Counted from the first letter of the stretch, positions 19,415 to 29,953 are shown. The stretch: DNA of 64,000 nt from Candidatus Latescibacterota bacterium (GCA_965237675.1 OZ250150.1:544001-608000), one strand, 5' to 3'. The notes: a model not told the origin generated them from the letters alone. Program-made: numbers and translations.

Positions 19415-20650
19415 ATGGCCAAAATGGATCAGATCGTTGGAATGGATATCGGAACGACCAAAATATGTGTGGTCGTGGCCGAGGTGGAAGAAGACGATCA
19501 GCTCAGAATCACGGGTGTAGGCACTAGCCAGTCCAACGGGCTGAAACGTGGAGCTGTGGTGAACGTGGCCCAAACCGTCCAATCCATCCAACGCGCTGTC
19601 GAAGAAGCTGAACAGGCCTCGGACGTACGTATCGGGGCGGTTTACGCCGGCATCGCGGGAGATCACATTCGCAGCCTGAATTGCCGTGGTGTGATCGCGG
19701 TATCCGGATCCGACAACGAAATTACCGCTCAGGATGAGGCGCGTGTGATCGAAACCGCCAAGGCGGTTTCGATTCCTATGGACCGGGAAATCATCCACGT
19801 GTTGCCCCAGTCGTTTGTGGTAGACGACCAGCCGGGAGTCAAGAATCCGATCGGGATGTCGGGCGTGCGCCTGGAGGTCGACGTGCATATGGTGACGGGT
19901 TCCGTCACGTCGGCACAGAACATATGCAAAAGCATCCGAAGGGCAGGTGTGGAGGTTGTCGATCTCGTGCTGGAGCCGTTGGCATCCAGCTATGCCGTAT
20001 TGTCGCCTGAGGAAGAAGAGATGGGCGTGATGCTGGTCGACATTGGCGGTGGCACAACCGACATTGCGGTGTTTTACGACGGGAGCATACGGCATACGGC
20101 CGTCGTGGGGCTGGGGGGCGAGAACGTAACACATGACATTTCAATTGGATTGCGAACGTCCCCTGGCAAGGCGGAGAGCATCAAGCGCTCCCACGGCTGT
20201 TCTTCCCGCTCGTTGGTCGACAAGGACGAGGCAATAAGTGTTCCCGGCATTGGCGGCCGGCCCTCCTACGAAGTACCCCGTGAAGAACTGTCGGCGATTA
20301 TCGAAGCGCGCATGGAGGAAATTTTCACCCTGGTACACCGGGAAATTCGCAGGACCGATTATGCCGATCTGCTGGCGGCCGGCGTCGTCATTACAGGCGG
20401 TGGATCGATGCTCGAGGGAACCGTTGAGTTGGCGGAGGCAGTATTTGGAATGCCGGTCAGCGTGGGCGTTCCCAACGGCGTGACCGGCCTTTCGGACGAT
20501 GTCATAGCGCCCATTTACGCTACGGGTGTCGGCTTGGTGAAATTCGGTCTGCAGCAACAGGAATTTGGTGGCGGATTGCGGGTTGGCGGCAATAATTCGT
20601 TCGGTTCAATACTGAGCAGAATGAAGGGGTGGGTGAAGGACCTTTTCTAA
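19415..20650 (+). CDS. ftsA: Cell division protein FtsA
   Basis: DIGTTKI, DIGGGTTD, TGGGS. Confidence 0.97.
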   Translation: MAKMDQIVGMDIGTTKICVVVAEVEEDDQLRITGVGTSQSNGLKRGAVVNVAQTVQSIQRAVEEAEQASDVRIGAVYAGIAGDHIRSLNCRGVIAVSGSDNEITAQDEARVIETAKAVSIPMDREIIHVLPQSFVVDDQPGVKNPIGMSGVRLEVDVHMVTGSVTSAQNICKSIRRAGVEVVDLVLEPLASSYAVLSPEEEEMGVMLVDIGGGTTDIAVFYDGSIRHTAVVGLGGENVTHDISIGLRTSPGKAESIKRSHGCSSRSLVDKDEAISVPGIGGRPSYEVPREELSAIIEARMEEIFTLVHREIRRTDYADLLAAGVVITGGGSMLEGTVELAEAVFGMPVSVGVPNGVTGLSDDVIAPIYATGVGLVKFGLQQQEFGGGLRVGGNNSFGSILSRMKGWVKDLF

Positions 20651-20812
20651 GAGGCTGTCTTGAAATTCCTGGTGCGTTCCCGAGCGCGAGCGAAAATGTG
20701 TCGGTCCAGGCGGGCGAACCCGCCCCTATCTAAAGATACGGGTCGGTTTGACCAACGCCGACCGACGCTTTTGCAGCCGCGCGAAGACAGCTGGGGGTTT
20801 TAAGACAGCTTC
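20651..20812. mobile_element. MITE family B between ftsA and ftsZ
   Basis: TIRs GAGGCTGTCTTGAAA / TTTTAAGACAGCTTC flanked by duplicated TAA (left copy is the ftsA stop). Confidence 0.75.
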
Positions 20813-20924
20813 TAAGGCGAACAACGGCCGGGTCAGGCCGGATTCACAACAAATACGCTTGCCAACGGATGGGTCGACCGAACGGGTTGCCCACTTCACA
20901 ATTCGAATTGATAGGAGATGCTAC

Positions 20925-22088
20925 ATGGTGACATTCTCGATTGTTGACAATGAAAACCAGGCGAAGATGCGGGTGGTGGGTGTCGGCGGCGCCGGGGGCA
21001 ACGCGGTGAACCGGATGATCGCAGCGGAACTCAAGGGTGTGGAGTTTATCGCGGTCAATTCGGATCTGCAGGATCTGGATAAATCGGAAGCATCAAAACG
21101 TGTACAGATTGGCCAGGGGATCACAAAAGGGCTGGGCGCGGGCGCAAATCCGGATACTGGACGGCAGGCCATGGAGGAAGACCGGGACCACCTCACGGAA
21201 CTGCTGTCCGGTTCGGATATGGTGTTCGTCACCGCCGGTATGGGTGGGGGCACCGGTACGGGCGCTGCGCCGGTGGTGGCGGAGATCGCAAGAGAGGTTG
21301 GAGCTCTGACAGTTGGCATTGTGACCAAGCCATTCGAAATGGAGGGCGTACCCCGGCTGCGTAACGCGGAGATGGGCATCGCTCAGTTGAAGGATTCCGT
21401 GGATACGCTCATCGTAATCCCAAATCAGCGCCTTCTGGACATCTGTTCCGAGGAGACGACGCTGCGCGAGGCGTTTAGAGTGGCGGACGACGTTCTGCTA
21501 CAGGCCACACGCGGGATTTCGGATCTGATTGCGATGCCGGGCGAAGTCAATCTGGATTTCAATGACGTGCGCACGGTCATGCAACAGGGCGGAGACGCTT
21601 TGATGGGAACCGGGACGGCCAAGGGTGAAGGCCGCGCAATCCATGCAGCCGAGGCAGCCATCAAGAGCCCCTTGCTGGAAGATCTGTCCATTGATGGCGC
21701 AAAGTACGTGCTGGTAAATATCGCTGCCGGGAGTGAGCTGAAACTGTTTGAAGTGGACGAATCGGTATCTACCGTTACCAAGGCAGTTGGCCCCGAGGCG
21801 AATATTATCTGGGGCACCGTGTTGGATGATGCGCTCAGCGATGAACTACGGGTAACGGTGATTGCCACGGGTTTTGCCACGGGAGAGGATCTCGTTGAAA
21901 CGAAAGAACGGCGAGTTCCGACGGACAACCCTCTCGGTCTCGATGTTCCGGCGTATATGCGCAAAGCCGACACCGCCGAGGCCACGGAGCCGCAAACTGC
22001 CCCGGAGGAAAACATAGAGGGGGACGTCTCACTGGACGACCTGGAAATTCCGTCGTTTCTGCGGCGGCGTATGAAGGATACGGCCTGA
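20925..22088 (+). CDS. ftsZ: Cell division protein FtsZ
   Basis: GVGGAGGNAV, AGMGGGTGTG, NLDFND, C-terminal LEIPSFLRR; RBS AGGAG. Confidence 0.98.
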   Translation: MVTFSIVDNENQAKMRVVGVGGAGGNAVNRMIAAELKGVEFIAVNSDLQDLDKSEASKRVQIGQGITKGLGAGANPDTGRQAMEEDRDHLTELLSGSDMVFVTAGMGGGTGTGAAPVVAEIAREVGALTVGIVTKPFEMEGVPRLRNAEMGIAQLKDSVDTLIVIPNQRLLDICSEETTLREAFRVADDVLLQATRGISDLIAMPGEVNLDFNDVRTVMQQGGDALMGTGTAKGEGRAIHAAEAAIKSPLLEDLSIDGAKYVLVNIAAGSELKLFEVDESVSTVTKAVGPEANIIWGTVLDDALSDELRVTVIATGFATGEDLVETKERRVPTDNPLGLDVPAYMRKADTAEATEPQTAPEENIEGDVSLDDLEIPSFLRRRMKDTA

Positions 22089-22148
22089 CACACGCGGGCG
22101 CTCCAACGCCGGCACGTACATTTTTGGGGGTGACGGAGGAACAAGGGC

Positions 22149-23138
22149 ATGGAGAAGGTGCAATGGGGTATCGTGGGATGTGGCGATGTCACGGAGGTGA
22201 AGAGCGGACCGGGATTTCAGGAAGCGAAGTCGTCGAAGCTGGTGGCGGTGATGCGGCGGGATATAGACAAGGCGGCGGACTACACAAGAAGACATGGAGT
22301 ACCGCGGTTCTACGGGCAAGCGGAGGCGTTGATTGAGGACGCCGAGGTCGACGCCGTTTATGTGGCGACCCCGCCGTCTTCTCATTTTGAACTGGCGCTG
22401 AAGGTGGCGCGCGCCGGGAAGCCATGTCTTGTCGAAAAACCCATGGCGATGAATCACGGCGAGTGCCAGAGGATGGTGGCGGCCTTCCGGGAGAGAGGGC
22501 AACCGCTTTTTGTAGCGTATTACAGGCGGGCGCTGCCTCGATTCTTGCGGGTTCGGGAGTTGCTTTTGGAAGGGGTAGTCGGCGAGTTGAGTTCAGTACA
22601 TATCGTCCATTACGATCCGCTTGCACGGGGTGACGCGGCGAGTGGCTGGCGATACAGGCCGGAAATCTCGGGTGGGGGGCTGTTTATGGATTTGGGATCG
22701 CATGGTCTGGATTTGCTGGATTTTCTGGTGTGTCCGATTAAACGGGTTGGGGGTTTTGCTGCAAATACGGGCTGCACCTACAAGGCGGAGGATGCGGTGG
22801 CCGCCAGTTTTGAATTTGAATCCGGGATCGTAGGAACGGGTATTTGGAATTTTAACGCGGATTTTTCCGAAGATCGAATGACGTTTACGGGGTCGGAAGG
22901 GGAAGTGCAGTGTCCGGTTTTCTCGGATACCGATATTCTGGTCAAGAAGGGCGGCGTGACAACGGTTCTGGAATATCGGAACCCTCACCACGTCCATCAG
23001 CCGCTGATCCAGACGGCAGTGGATGAACTCCTGGGCAGGGGCGCGTGCGAGTCGAGCGGCGAGAGTGCGGCGCGGACCGGTTGGGTGATGGATCGATGTC
23101 TGAAATCGTATTACAAAGAACGGAACCTGACGTCATAG
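22149..23138 (+). CDS. Gfo/Idh/MocA family oxidoreductase
   Basis: GIVGCG, YVATPP, VEKPMA, GGGLFMDLGSH. Confidence 0.9.
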   Translation: MEKVQWGIVGCGDVTEVKSGPGFQEAKSSKLVAVMRRDIDKAADYTRRHGVPRFYGQAEALIEDAEVDAVYVATPPSSHFELALKVARAGKPCLVEKPMAMNHGECQRMVAAFRERGQPLFVAYYRRALPRFLRVRELLLEGVVGELSSVHIVHYDPLARGDAASGWRYRPEISGGGLFMDLGSHGLDLLDFLVCPIKRVGGFAANTGCTYKAEDAVAASFEFESGIVGTGIWNFNADFSEDRMTFTGSEGEVQCPVFSDTDILVKKGGVTTVLEYRNPHHVHQPLIQTAVDELLGRGACESSGESAARTGWVMDRCLKSYYKERNLTS

Positions 23139-23218
23139 GGGGTCGTTCATCGGAGAAACATCCACAACAGGTTCAAAATAGCCAGGTTTCTTTAGACACG
23201 AACCCGCCCGGCCGAGGG

Positions 23219-24316
23219 TCAGGCGGTTTTCCCCGTTTGAAGGTATGCCTTCAGCGCGGATGGATCCATTCCCGCAATGCCCAGCTCACCAACGCCTCGA
23301 CCGGACGTCCAGCCGTCCACGCCGATGACGATGGATCCGATGTCGACCATCGCGCGTATTGTGGGAGCAGGTACACCGTACTGGGCACCGACCGAATGCC
23401 AGGCGGCCAGACCAAACGGAACGTCTTCGGTAAGCCAACGGCTTTCCAGCGAGCCCGGCGCTTTGAGACGGGTGAGCATGTAGCTGCCGTTGATCGTGGC
23501 CCAGAGATCGCCTCCCGGCCCGAAGCCGGCGCGATGAAAGGCGACATTCGCCGGGCAAAGATCGTATCCGAGTCGCCTGGCAACCGCGCGGCGTTCGTCG
23601 TCCACGCGGGTGATCACCCTGGCCACAGCAGGAGTGACGCCCTCTTCGTAGAAGTAGAATTCACCGCGGGAAAATTCCACTCGGCCGGCGTTCAGGAGGA
23701 CACCGACGGGATGAACCACCGGGTTCATTGCGGCCAGGCCGCAGGCCATCACGTCCGGGTAACCCGTTACGCCGGGAAAGAGGGAATCCAACCGTGTGCG
23801 CACATGTTCAAATTTACCGGCTGGCAGGACGCCCAGGCCCAGTCCGGTGACGATGCCCCATATTGTGGCGGAGTCCGGTGCGGTTTTGCGGCAAACGAAG
23901 GGGGCGGTGTCGACTTCGGCGAGAATGACACCCTCGGTTCCGGCCTCGCGGAGGATGCGCGCCCATTCAAGGGTCCCAAGGGTCCCGGGCATGATAACGA
24001 CGGTCTGACCCGGCCGCAGGTGCGGGGCACAGACTTCTGCAAAGGGTTTGTGAGCGTACGCGGGTACGATGAGCAGGATGACATCCGGTGATTCAAGGGC
24101 CTCTTCGATATCGGTCGTCATACGATGGATCCTGGCCGGACCCTGCCCGGCTTCGCCGAGCAGGTGGATGATGCCGTCGTCCACGACGGGCTCCAGGGAT
24201 TCCTTGAAATCGGGAATCTCGTAGAGCGTAATTGCAAAGCCCTTCAGGCTGAGGTTGGCGGCCACGGCAAAAGCCGTGTTTCCGCCGCCCAGGACGGTTA
24301 CGGATTTAATGGACAT
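23219..24316 (-). CDS. NAD/NADP octopine/nopaline (opine) dehydrogenase family
   Basis: VLGGGN Rossmann motif, NPVVHP, FYEEG, DDER, RWLTEDVPFGL. Confidence 0.88.
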   Translation of the reverse strand: MSIKSVTVLGGGNTAFAVAANLSLKGFAITLYEIPDFKESLEPVVDDGIIHLLGEAGQGPARIHRMTTDIEEALESPDVILLIVPAYAHKPFAEVCAPHLRPGQTVVIMPGTLGTLEWARILREAGTEGVILAEVDTAPFVCRKTAPDSATIWGIVTGLGLGVLPAGKFEHVRTRLDSLFPGVTGYPDVMACGLAAMNPVVHPVGVLLNAGRVEFSRGEFYFYEEGVTPAVARVITRVDDERRAVARRLGYDLCPANVAFHRAGFGPGGDLWATINGSYMLTRLKAPGSLESRWLTEDVPFGLAAWHSVGAQYGVPAPTIRAMVDIGSIVIGVDGWTSGRGVGELGIAGMDPSALKAYLQTGKTA

Positions 24317-24560
24317 GACGGACGCCTCTTATGTGTACGAGCACGATACGCAATTGGATTTGTCGTTGATTTGCAACCGGACTGGCAGATCAACGACACG
24401 TTACATGTCAGGCATAAATATATACTGGATGCCGTGCGCGGACAAGCCCTGATCCGTTCAGATCCGTTGTTGAACCCATCTGACGAGTTAACTGTTTCGC
24501 CGCTCATCCAGGCTGGAGTTCAGGACGAGACGCCTTTCTGGGGTCGCCTTTGCCACTACG

Positions 24561-25112
24561 ATGGCGTATCCCTCTCCGCCCGTTCAACCCGAGGAGGAAA
24601 CATTGCCCTACGAGGACCACAAAAAGCAGGCACAGGGTGCCGTTAACTGCGCCGTACTCACCATCAGCGACACGCGGACCGAAGCCGACGACAAGAGTGG
24701 AAAGATAATGCGGGACCTGCTGGAAACCGGTGGTCACACGACGGGCTTTTACCGGATCGTCCCGGACGACCCGGTCCGAATCCGGGACCTGATCATCAAG
24801 GTTACCGATAGAGGCAATTGTCAGGCGATTCTGACCAGCGGCGGCACGGGCATCGCGGCACGAGACACCACCTACGAAGCCGTGGTAGGCCTGCTTGAAA
24901 AACGGTTGGACGGCTTCGGCGAACTCTTCCGTTTCTTAAGTTGGGATGATATCGGCTCTGGCGCCATGCTCTCTCGCGCCGTCGCTGGCGTCTACCGCGA
25001 CACGATGATATTCTGCATGCCCGGCTCCTCCGGCGCCGTACGCCTCGCGATGGAAAAACTCATCGTTCCCGAACTCTCGCACCTGGTCTGGGAAATCTGG
25101 CGACAAAAGTAG
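24561..25112 (+). CDS. moaB: Molybdenum cofactor biosynthesis protein MoaB/MogA (possible TTG start at 24603)
   Basis: LTISDTR, DKSG, GGTGIAARD, GFGELFR, PGS. Confidence 0.9.
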   Translation: MAYPSPPVQPEEETLPYEDHKKQAQGAVNCAVLTISDTRTEADDKSGKIMRDLLETGGHTTGFYRIVPDDPVRIRDLIIKVTDRGNCQAILTSGGTGIAARDTTYEAVVGLLEKRLDGFGELFRFLSWDDIGSGAMLSRAVAGVYRDTMIFCMPGSSGAVRLAMEKLIVPELSHLVWEIWRQK

Positions 25113-25318
25113 CCCTCGGCCCGGGTGGCGGCCAGGAATCCCGATAAGATCCGTCGGATTTCGTTCACGCCTCCGAGGGTCCTGGCGCGGCAATCGGGGG
25201 ACGTGGGTGATCTTGCCTGCCTGCCGCCGGAAAGAGGCAAACCCACCGCAAATCGTCCCGAAAGGCCGTGTCTGGATATATTCGTTTTGAACCATTTCGT
25301 CATTCACGAAGGGATATC

Positions 25319-26662
25319 ATGATCATCCGCGCGGTTCTTATCCTGGTGCTGCTTGTCTTCGTCGCCTGCGCGCGATTCGCCCGCACCCACGAAGCCGTAA
25401 TTCCTCGTCAATTCAACGCATCTTACAACACGGCCGCCCACGATGCCCGTCCCTCTCCCGTGCCGGACCGCATCGTACTCACGTGGACCGGCGATCCGGC
25501 CAGTTCTCAGGCCGTCACCTGGCGAACCGATTCAACCGTTACATTGGCCTTTGTGGAATTTGCGCCCGCTGCAGCCTCCCCGCGGTTCATGCTCCATGCT
25601 CGAAAGATCCAGGCGCGCACAAAGTCCGTCACGACGGAAAACGGCTCTTCACACTATCATTCCGCCGTCATTAGCGATCTCCAGCCTGGCACCCTCTACG
25701 CTTACCGTGTCGGCAGCGGCGACATGTGGAGCGAATGGTTTCAATTCCAAACGGCCATGGATGAACCCGCACCGTTTTCCTTTATCTACCTCGGCGACGC
25801 CCAGAACAATATCCTGTCTCTCTGGTCCCGCACCATCCGCGCCGCGTATGCCACCGCGCCACATGCAAGCTTCATCCTGCACGCCGGCGACCTCGTCAAC
25901 CGCGCCAACAGCGACGGCGAGTGGGGTGAATGGTTCCGGGCCGGCGCCTTTCTCCATGCAACCATCAACGCCGTTCCCACCCCGGGTAACCACGAATACG
26001 CCAAGGATCAGCAGGGTGTACGTCGGCTATCTCGCCTCTGGCGCCCCCACTTCACCCTGCCCGAGAACGGCCCCGAAGGCCTGGAAGAAACCGTATACTA
26101 TATAGACTATCAGGGCGCCCGCATCATCTCCCTCAATTCCAATGAAGAACGCGGCGACCAGGTACTCTGGCTGGAAACGGTCCTCCGGGAAAATCCGAAC
26201 CGATGGACCCTTGTCACGTTCCATCATCCCGTCTACTCCACCGGAGAAGGCAGGGACAACAAAACGTTGCGTGACCTGTGGAAACCCTTGTTCGACAGAT
26301 ACCGGGTAGACCTCGTACTACAGGGACACGACCACACCTACGGCCGCGGTTCCAATCTCCCTATGGGCACCATAGCCCGTGACGACGGAGACGGCACCGT
26401 CTACGTCGTCTCCGTGAGCGGACCTAAACAGTACAACCTCACGTCAAAACGGTGGTGGCGACGCGCAGCCGAAAACACACAGCTTTACCAGACCATCGCG
26501 GTGGACGGGGACACCCTGCGGTACGAAGCTCGAACGGCCACGTCCGACCTCTACGACGCATTCGACCTCATCAAACAAAAGGACGCTCCCAACATGCTCG
26601 TGGACCGCATCCCAGACACCCCGCTACGCACTCACCGAAACACCATCGGTGGTCGAGACTAG
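25319..26662 (+). CDS. Secreted metallophosphoesterase (purple acid phosphatase-like, FN3 N-domain)
   Basis: Signal/lipoprotein N-terminus; GDAQ, GDLV, GNHE, HHP, GHDH. Confidence 0.88.
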   Translation: MIIRAVLILVLLVFVACARFARTHEAVIPRQFNASYNTAAHDARPSPVPDRIVLTWTGDPASSQAVTWRTDSTVTLAFVEFAPAAASPRFMLHARKIQARTKSVTTENGSSHYHSAVISDLQPGTLYAYRVGSGDMWSEWFQFQTAMDEPAPFSFIYLGDAQNNILSLWSRTIRAAYATAPHASFILHAGDLVNRANSDGEWGEWFRAGAFLHATINAVPTPGNHEYAKDQQGVRRLSRLWRPHFTLPENGPEGLEETVYYIDYQGARIISLNSNEERGDQVLWLETVLRENPNRWTLVTFHHPVYSTGEGRDNKTLRDLWKPLFDRYRVDLVLQGHDHTYGRGSNLPMGTIARDDGDGTVYVVSVSGPKQYNLTSKRWWRRAAENTQLYQTIAVDGDTLRYEARTATSDLYDAFDLIKQKDAPNMLVDRIPDTPLRTHRNTIGGRD

Positions 26663-26703
26663 TGTTCTGTCCCGGAAATAGATTGCCGATATTCGGCCGC
26701 CGA
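26661..26703. mobile_element. MITE family A, left-end fragment
   Basis: AGTGTTCTGTCCCGGAAATAGATTGCCGA matches 6229 and 55508; overlaps the TAG stop of the upstream gene. Confidence 0.7.
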
Positions 26704-26835
26704 GGGATGGATTGTCGCCGGCCCGACAAACGGTGAAGTCGGTTTTATCTTGCGGTTCGAATCTGGCCGTAAACACAACGCTCATGTGTATTGACTTCTG
26801 ATCAAGAAACGGGCGCCGAAGGGCCGGGAGGGCTT

Positions 26836-27789
26836 ATGTCAAGGGTGGGGCTGATCGCGCATCCGGACTTTTCACAGCATGACACGGGCCCCGGGCACCC
26901 GGAACGACCTGAGAGGCTTCACGCAATCCAAAGCCGCCTGGACGATACCGGTCTCGGAGGCCGGCTCATTCACATTGCGCCAAGAATACTTGAAGCCAAC
27001 TGGCTCGAGAAAGTCCACACGTCCCGGCATATCGCCGATGTGCAACGCCGGTGTGAACAAAACATGCGCCTCATGGACGCAGCGGACACCTTTATCTGCC
27101 CAGCATCCTTCAACGTCGGCCTTCTCGCTGCAGGGGCAGCCTGCGAGGCGGTTGATGCCGTCATGAATAACCGTACAGACGCTGTATTCTGCGCCACGCG
27201 TCCACCGGGTCACCACGCGGAACCCGACAGAGCGATGGGTTTCTGCCTGTTCAACAACGTCGCCGTGTCCGTACGATATATCCAGTCCACCTATCGTCTG
27301 GAACGCATCCTCATCGTTGACTGGGACGTACATCACGGAAACGGCACGCAGCACATTTTCGAAGAAGACCCCAGCGTTTTTTACTTCAGTATCCATCAGT
27401 ACCCCCACTACCCGTGGTTCAGCGGCAGCGGCGGCGAAACAGGAATCGGAGCAGGCAAAGGCACGAACCTCAACGCGCCCATGCCCGCCGGCGCGGGCGA
27501 CGAGCAATACCTTCACGCATTCGACGAACTCCTGGCCCCGGCAATGGAACGCTTCCGTCCGGAATTCGTCATCGTCTCCGCGGGATTCGACGCGCACATC
27601 AACGACCCCCTGTCCAGCACGCTGGTCACCGAGGATGGATTTGCACAAATGACGCGCCGGACACAGCGAATCGCAAGGACCTATGCCAACGATCGTCTGA
27701 TCTCGGTTCTGGAAGGTGGCTACGGCCTCAACGGCCTCGCCCGTTCCGTCGAGTGCCACTTAACCGCCTTATTGGAAAACGGTGAGTAG
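26836..27789 (+). CDS. Histone deacetylase / acetylpolyamine amidohydrolase family
   Basis: HPERPER, RPPGHHA, GFCLFNN, DWDVHHGNGTQ, LEGGY. Confidence 0.93.
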   Translation: MSRVGLIAHPDFSQHDTGPGHPERPERLHAIQSRLDDTGLGGRLIHIAPRILEANWLEKVHTSRHIADVQRRCEQNMRLMDAADTFICPASFNVGLLAAGAACEAVDAVMNNRTDAVFCATRPPGHHAEPDRAMGFCLFNNVAVSVRYIQSTYRLERILIVDWDVHHGNGTQHIFEEDPSVFYFSIHQYPHYPWFSGSGGETGIGAGKGTNLNAPMPAGAGDEQYLHAFDELLAPAMERFRPEFVIVSAGFDAHINDPLSSTLVTEDGFAQMTRRTQRIARTYANDRLISVLEGGYGLNGLARSVECHLTALLENGE

Positions 27790-27917
27790 ACCGAAACCAA
27801 TTTGAATCCGATTGTCTGCGGGCGGAACTTTTCACTCGACTCAGTCGTCTACTACCTTGGCTTCCCGCGCGTCGGCCTTCTTCGGTCGTTTGCGTCGAAC
27901 CCGTTCATGGAGGTTTA

Positions 27918-28787
27918 GTGAGCAAAAACGATCCCGCTGTTGCATTCCAGGGAGAAATGGGCGCCTTCAGCGAGATGGCCGCCCGCAGTTACTTCTGCGA
28001 AAACGTCCACGTAGTCCCACAGCCTGATTTCGAAGCCCTGTTCAACGCCGTCTCTGGCGGTGTATGCACGCACGGTATGGTACCCATTGAGAATTCCCTC
28101 ATGGGAAGCATTCACGAAAACTACGATCTGCTCCTCCAGCAGGATCTTTTAATCGTAGGCGAAATCAAACTGCGTATCATGCACAACCTCATTGTCAACC
28201 CGGGCGTCAGGATGGAAGACGTCAGACAGATCTACTCACAGGCGCCTGCCCTGGCGCAATGTACCGATTTCATTCGATCATTCGATGGTGTCGAAGCTGT
28301 GGTCGCCCACGACACCGCCGGCGCCGTCAAACAGATCAAGGAAGAGAACGCAAGAGACGCCGCAGCCATCGCCAGCGCACAGGCGGCTATCGACTACGAC
28401 CTGGAAATCCTTCGCGAAGGTCTTGAAAACGACCATCGGAATTACACCCGGTTTCTGGTCGTTGCCTCCGAACCGGCTGAACCCGTCGAACCCGCAAAAA
28501 CCACCGTCGTCTATGCACTGGATCACATCCCCGGAGCCCTTTTTAAGAGTCTGGGCGTATTTGCGATGCGGGATATCAACCTGCTCAAAATCGAATCGCG
28601 CCCCTTAAGGGGCCGGCCCTGGGAGTATGTCTTCTACCTGGATTTTGAAGGCCACGTATCCAGTGAAAAAAACCGACAGGCGGTTGAGCACCTCGAACAA
28701 ATGGCCAGCTTCCTCAAAATCCTGGGCTCCTACGCGCATGGCAAGACTGTCGAAGGCAGTCTGCGGGAAAAAAGGGTGGCCCCATGA
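27918..28787 (+). CDS. pheA: Prephenate dehydratase with ACT domain
   Basis: VAFQGEMGAFSE, PIENS, NYTRF, KIESRP. Confidence 0.93.
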   Translation: MSKNDPAVAFQGEMGAFSEMAARSYFCENVHVVPQPDFEALFNAVSGGVCTHGMVPIENSLMGSIHENYDLLLQQDLLIVGEIKLRIMHNLIVNPGVRMEDVRQIYSQAPALAQCTDFIRSFDGVEAVVAHDTAGAVKQIKEENARDAAAIASAQAAIDYDLEILREGLENDHRNYTRFLVVASEPAEPVEPAKTTVVYALDHIPGALFKSLGVFAMRDINLLKIESRPLRGRPWEYVFYLDFEGHVSSEKNRQAVEHLEQMASFLKILGSYAHGKTVEGSLREKRVAP

Positions 28788-29953
28788 ACCTGGCGAGCAG
28801 GATGGCGCAGCTTGGCACCGAATCTGCGTTCGAAGTCCTGGTCAAAGCGCGAGACCTCGAAGCCCAGGGCAGAGATGTGGTCCACCTTGAAATCGGCGAA
28901 CCCGATTTCGATACACCGCTCCATATTGTCGATGCCGCCCAACAGGCGCTTCATTCGGGTTATACGCACTACGGTCCTCCGATGGGCCTGCCGGAACTCC
29001 GCGAAGCCATCGCGAAGGATGTCTCCCGGTTCCGGGGAATTTCAGTCAATCCTGATCAGGTTGTGGTGACCCCGGGCGCCAAACCGATTATGTTCTACGC
29101 CATTCTGGCGCTTGCCCAGCCAGGAGACGAGGTTATCTATCCCGACCCCGGGTTTCCAATCTACGAGTCGGTAATCAGATTTGCGGGCGCCAAACCGGTA
29201 CCAATTGCGCTCAAAGAGGAACGCGCCTTCAGTCTCGACGTGAACGAACTTGCTGATCTGATCACGGAGCGCACCCGGCTTCTCATCATCAATTCCCCTC
29301 AAAACCCTACCAGTGGCATCATTCCGCCGGGAGACCTGGAGGCGATCGCGGAAATCGTCGTCGACAAAGGTATCCCGGTCCTTGCCGACGAGATCTATTC
29401 CCGGATCCTGTACGAAGGCGAATTCCACAGCATCTCCGTTTACGAGGGCATGCAGGACCAGACCATCATCCTGGACGGCTTATCCAAGACCTACGCCATG
29501 ACGGGATGGCGCATCGGTTACGGGGTGATGCCGCGAAGCCTTGCGGATCAATTCGGCCTCCTGATGGTCAACAGCAATTCCTGCACTGCGTCGTTCACCC
29601 AACGCGCCGCCCTGGCCGCACTCCAGGGTCCGCAGGATGACGTCCACGCGATGGTGGCTGAATTCAGACGGCGGCGGGACATCTTTGTCTCAGGACTCCG
29701 CGAAATTCCGGGCATTCGCTGCTCACTCCCCGGCGGCGCATTCTACCTCTTTCCGAATGTCTCAGACCTGGGTCTCTCCTCACAGAAATTCGCCGACTAC
29801 CTCCTGTACGAAGGAAATGTCGCGGCTCTATCCGGACATGGCTTCGGCGCCCGTGGCGAAGGCCACCTCCGCTTCTCCTACGCCAATTCGATCGAAAATA
29901 TCCAAAAAGCTCTGAACCGCATCGCAGATTGCGTGCGGAAAATCCGGGGATAA
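28784..29953 (+). CDS. PLP-dependent aminotransferase class I/II
   Basis: GEPDF, NSPQNPT, DEIY, SKTYAMTGWRIG; ATGA overlap with pheA. Confidence 0.92.
   Translation: MNLASRMAQLGTESAFEVLVKARDLEAQGRDVVHLEIGEPDFDTPLHIVDAAQQALHSGYTHYGPPMGLPELREAIAKDVSRFRGISVNPDQVVVTPGAKPIMFYAILALAQPGDEVIYPDPGFPIYESVIRFAGAKPVPIALKEERAFSLDVNELADLITERTRLLIINSPQNPTSGIIPPGDLEAIAEIVVDKGIPVLADEIYSRILYEGEFHSISVYEGMQDQTIILDGLSKTYAMTGWRIGYGVMPRSLADQFGLLMVNSNSCTASFTQRAALAALQGPQDDVHAMVAEFRRRRDIFVSGLREIPGIRCSLPGGAFYLFPNVSDLGLSSQKFADYLLYEGNVAALSGHGFGARGEGHLRFSYANSIENIQKALNRIADCVRKIRG

Noticed and set aside
23045-24091. Long antisense ORFs (e.g. 23045-24091, 30321-31382, 33643-34764, 16807-17757)
   Set aside because: Shadow ORFs opposite well-supported genes in GC-rich DNA, with no motifs.
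24407-24434. dif site
   Set aside because: Only the XerC-like half matches; the TTATGTTAAAT-like XerD arm is absent.
27812-27917. Phe-rich leader peptide attenuator for pheA
   Set aside because: Only scattered Phe codons in a long ORF that overlaps pheA, and no terminator.
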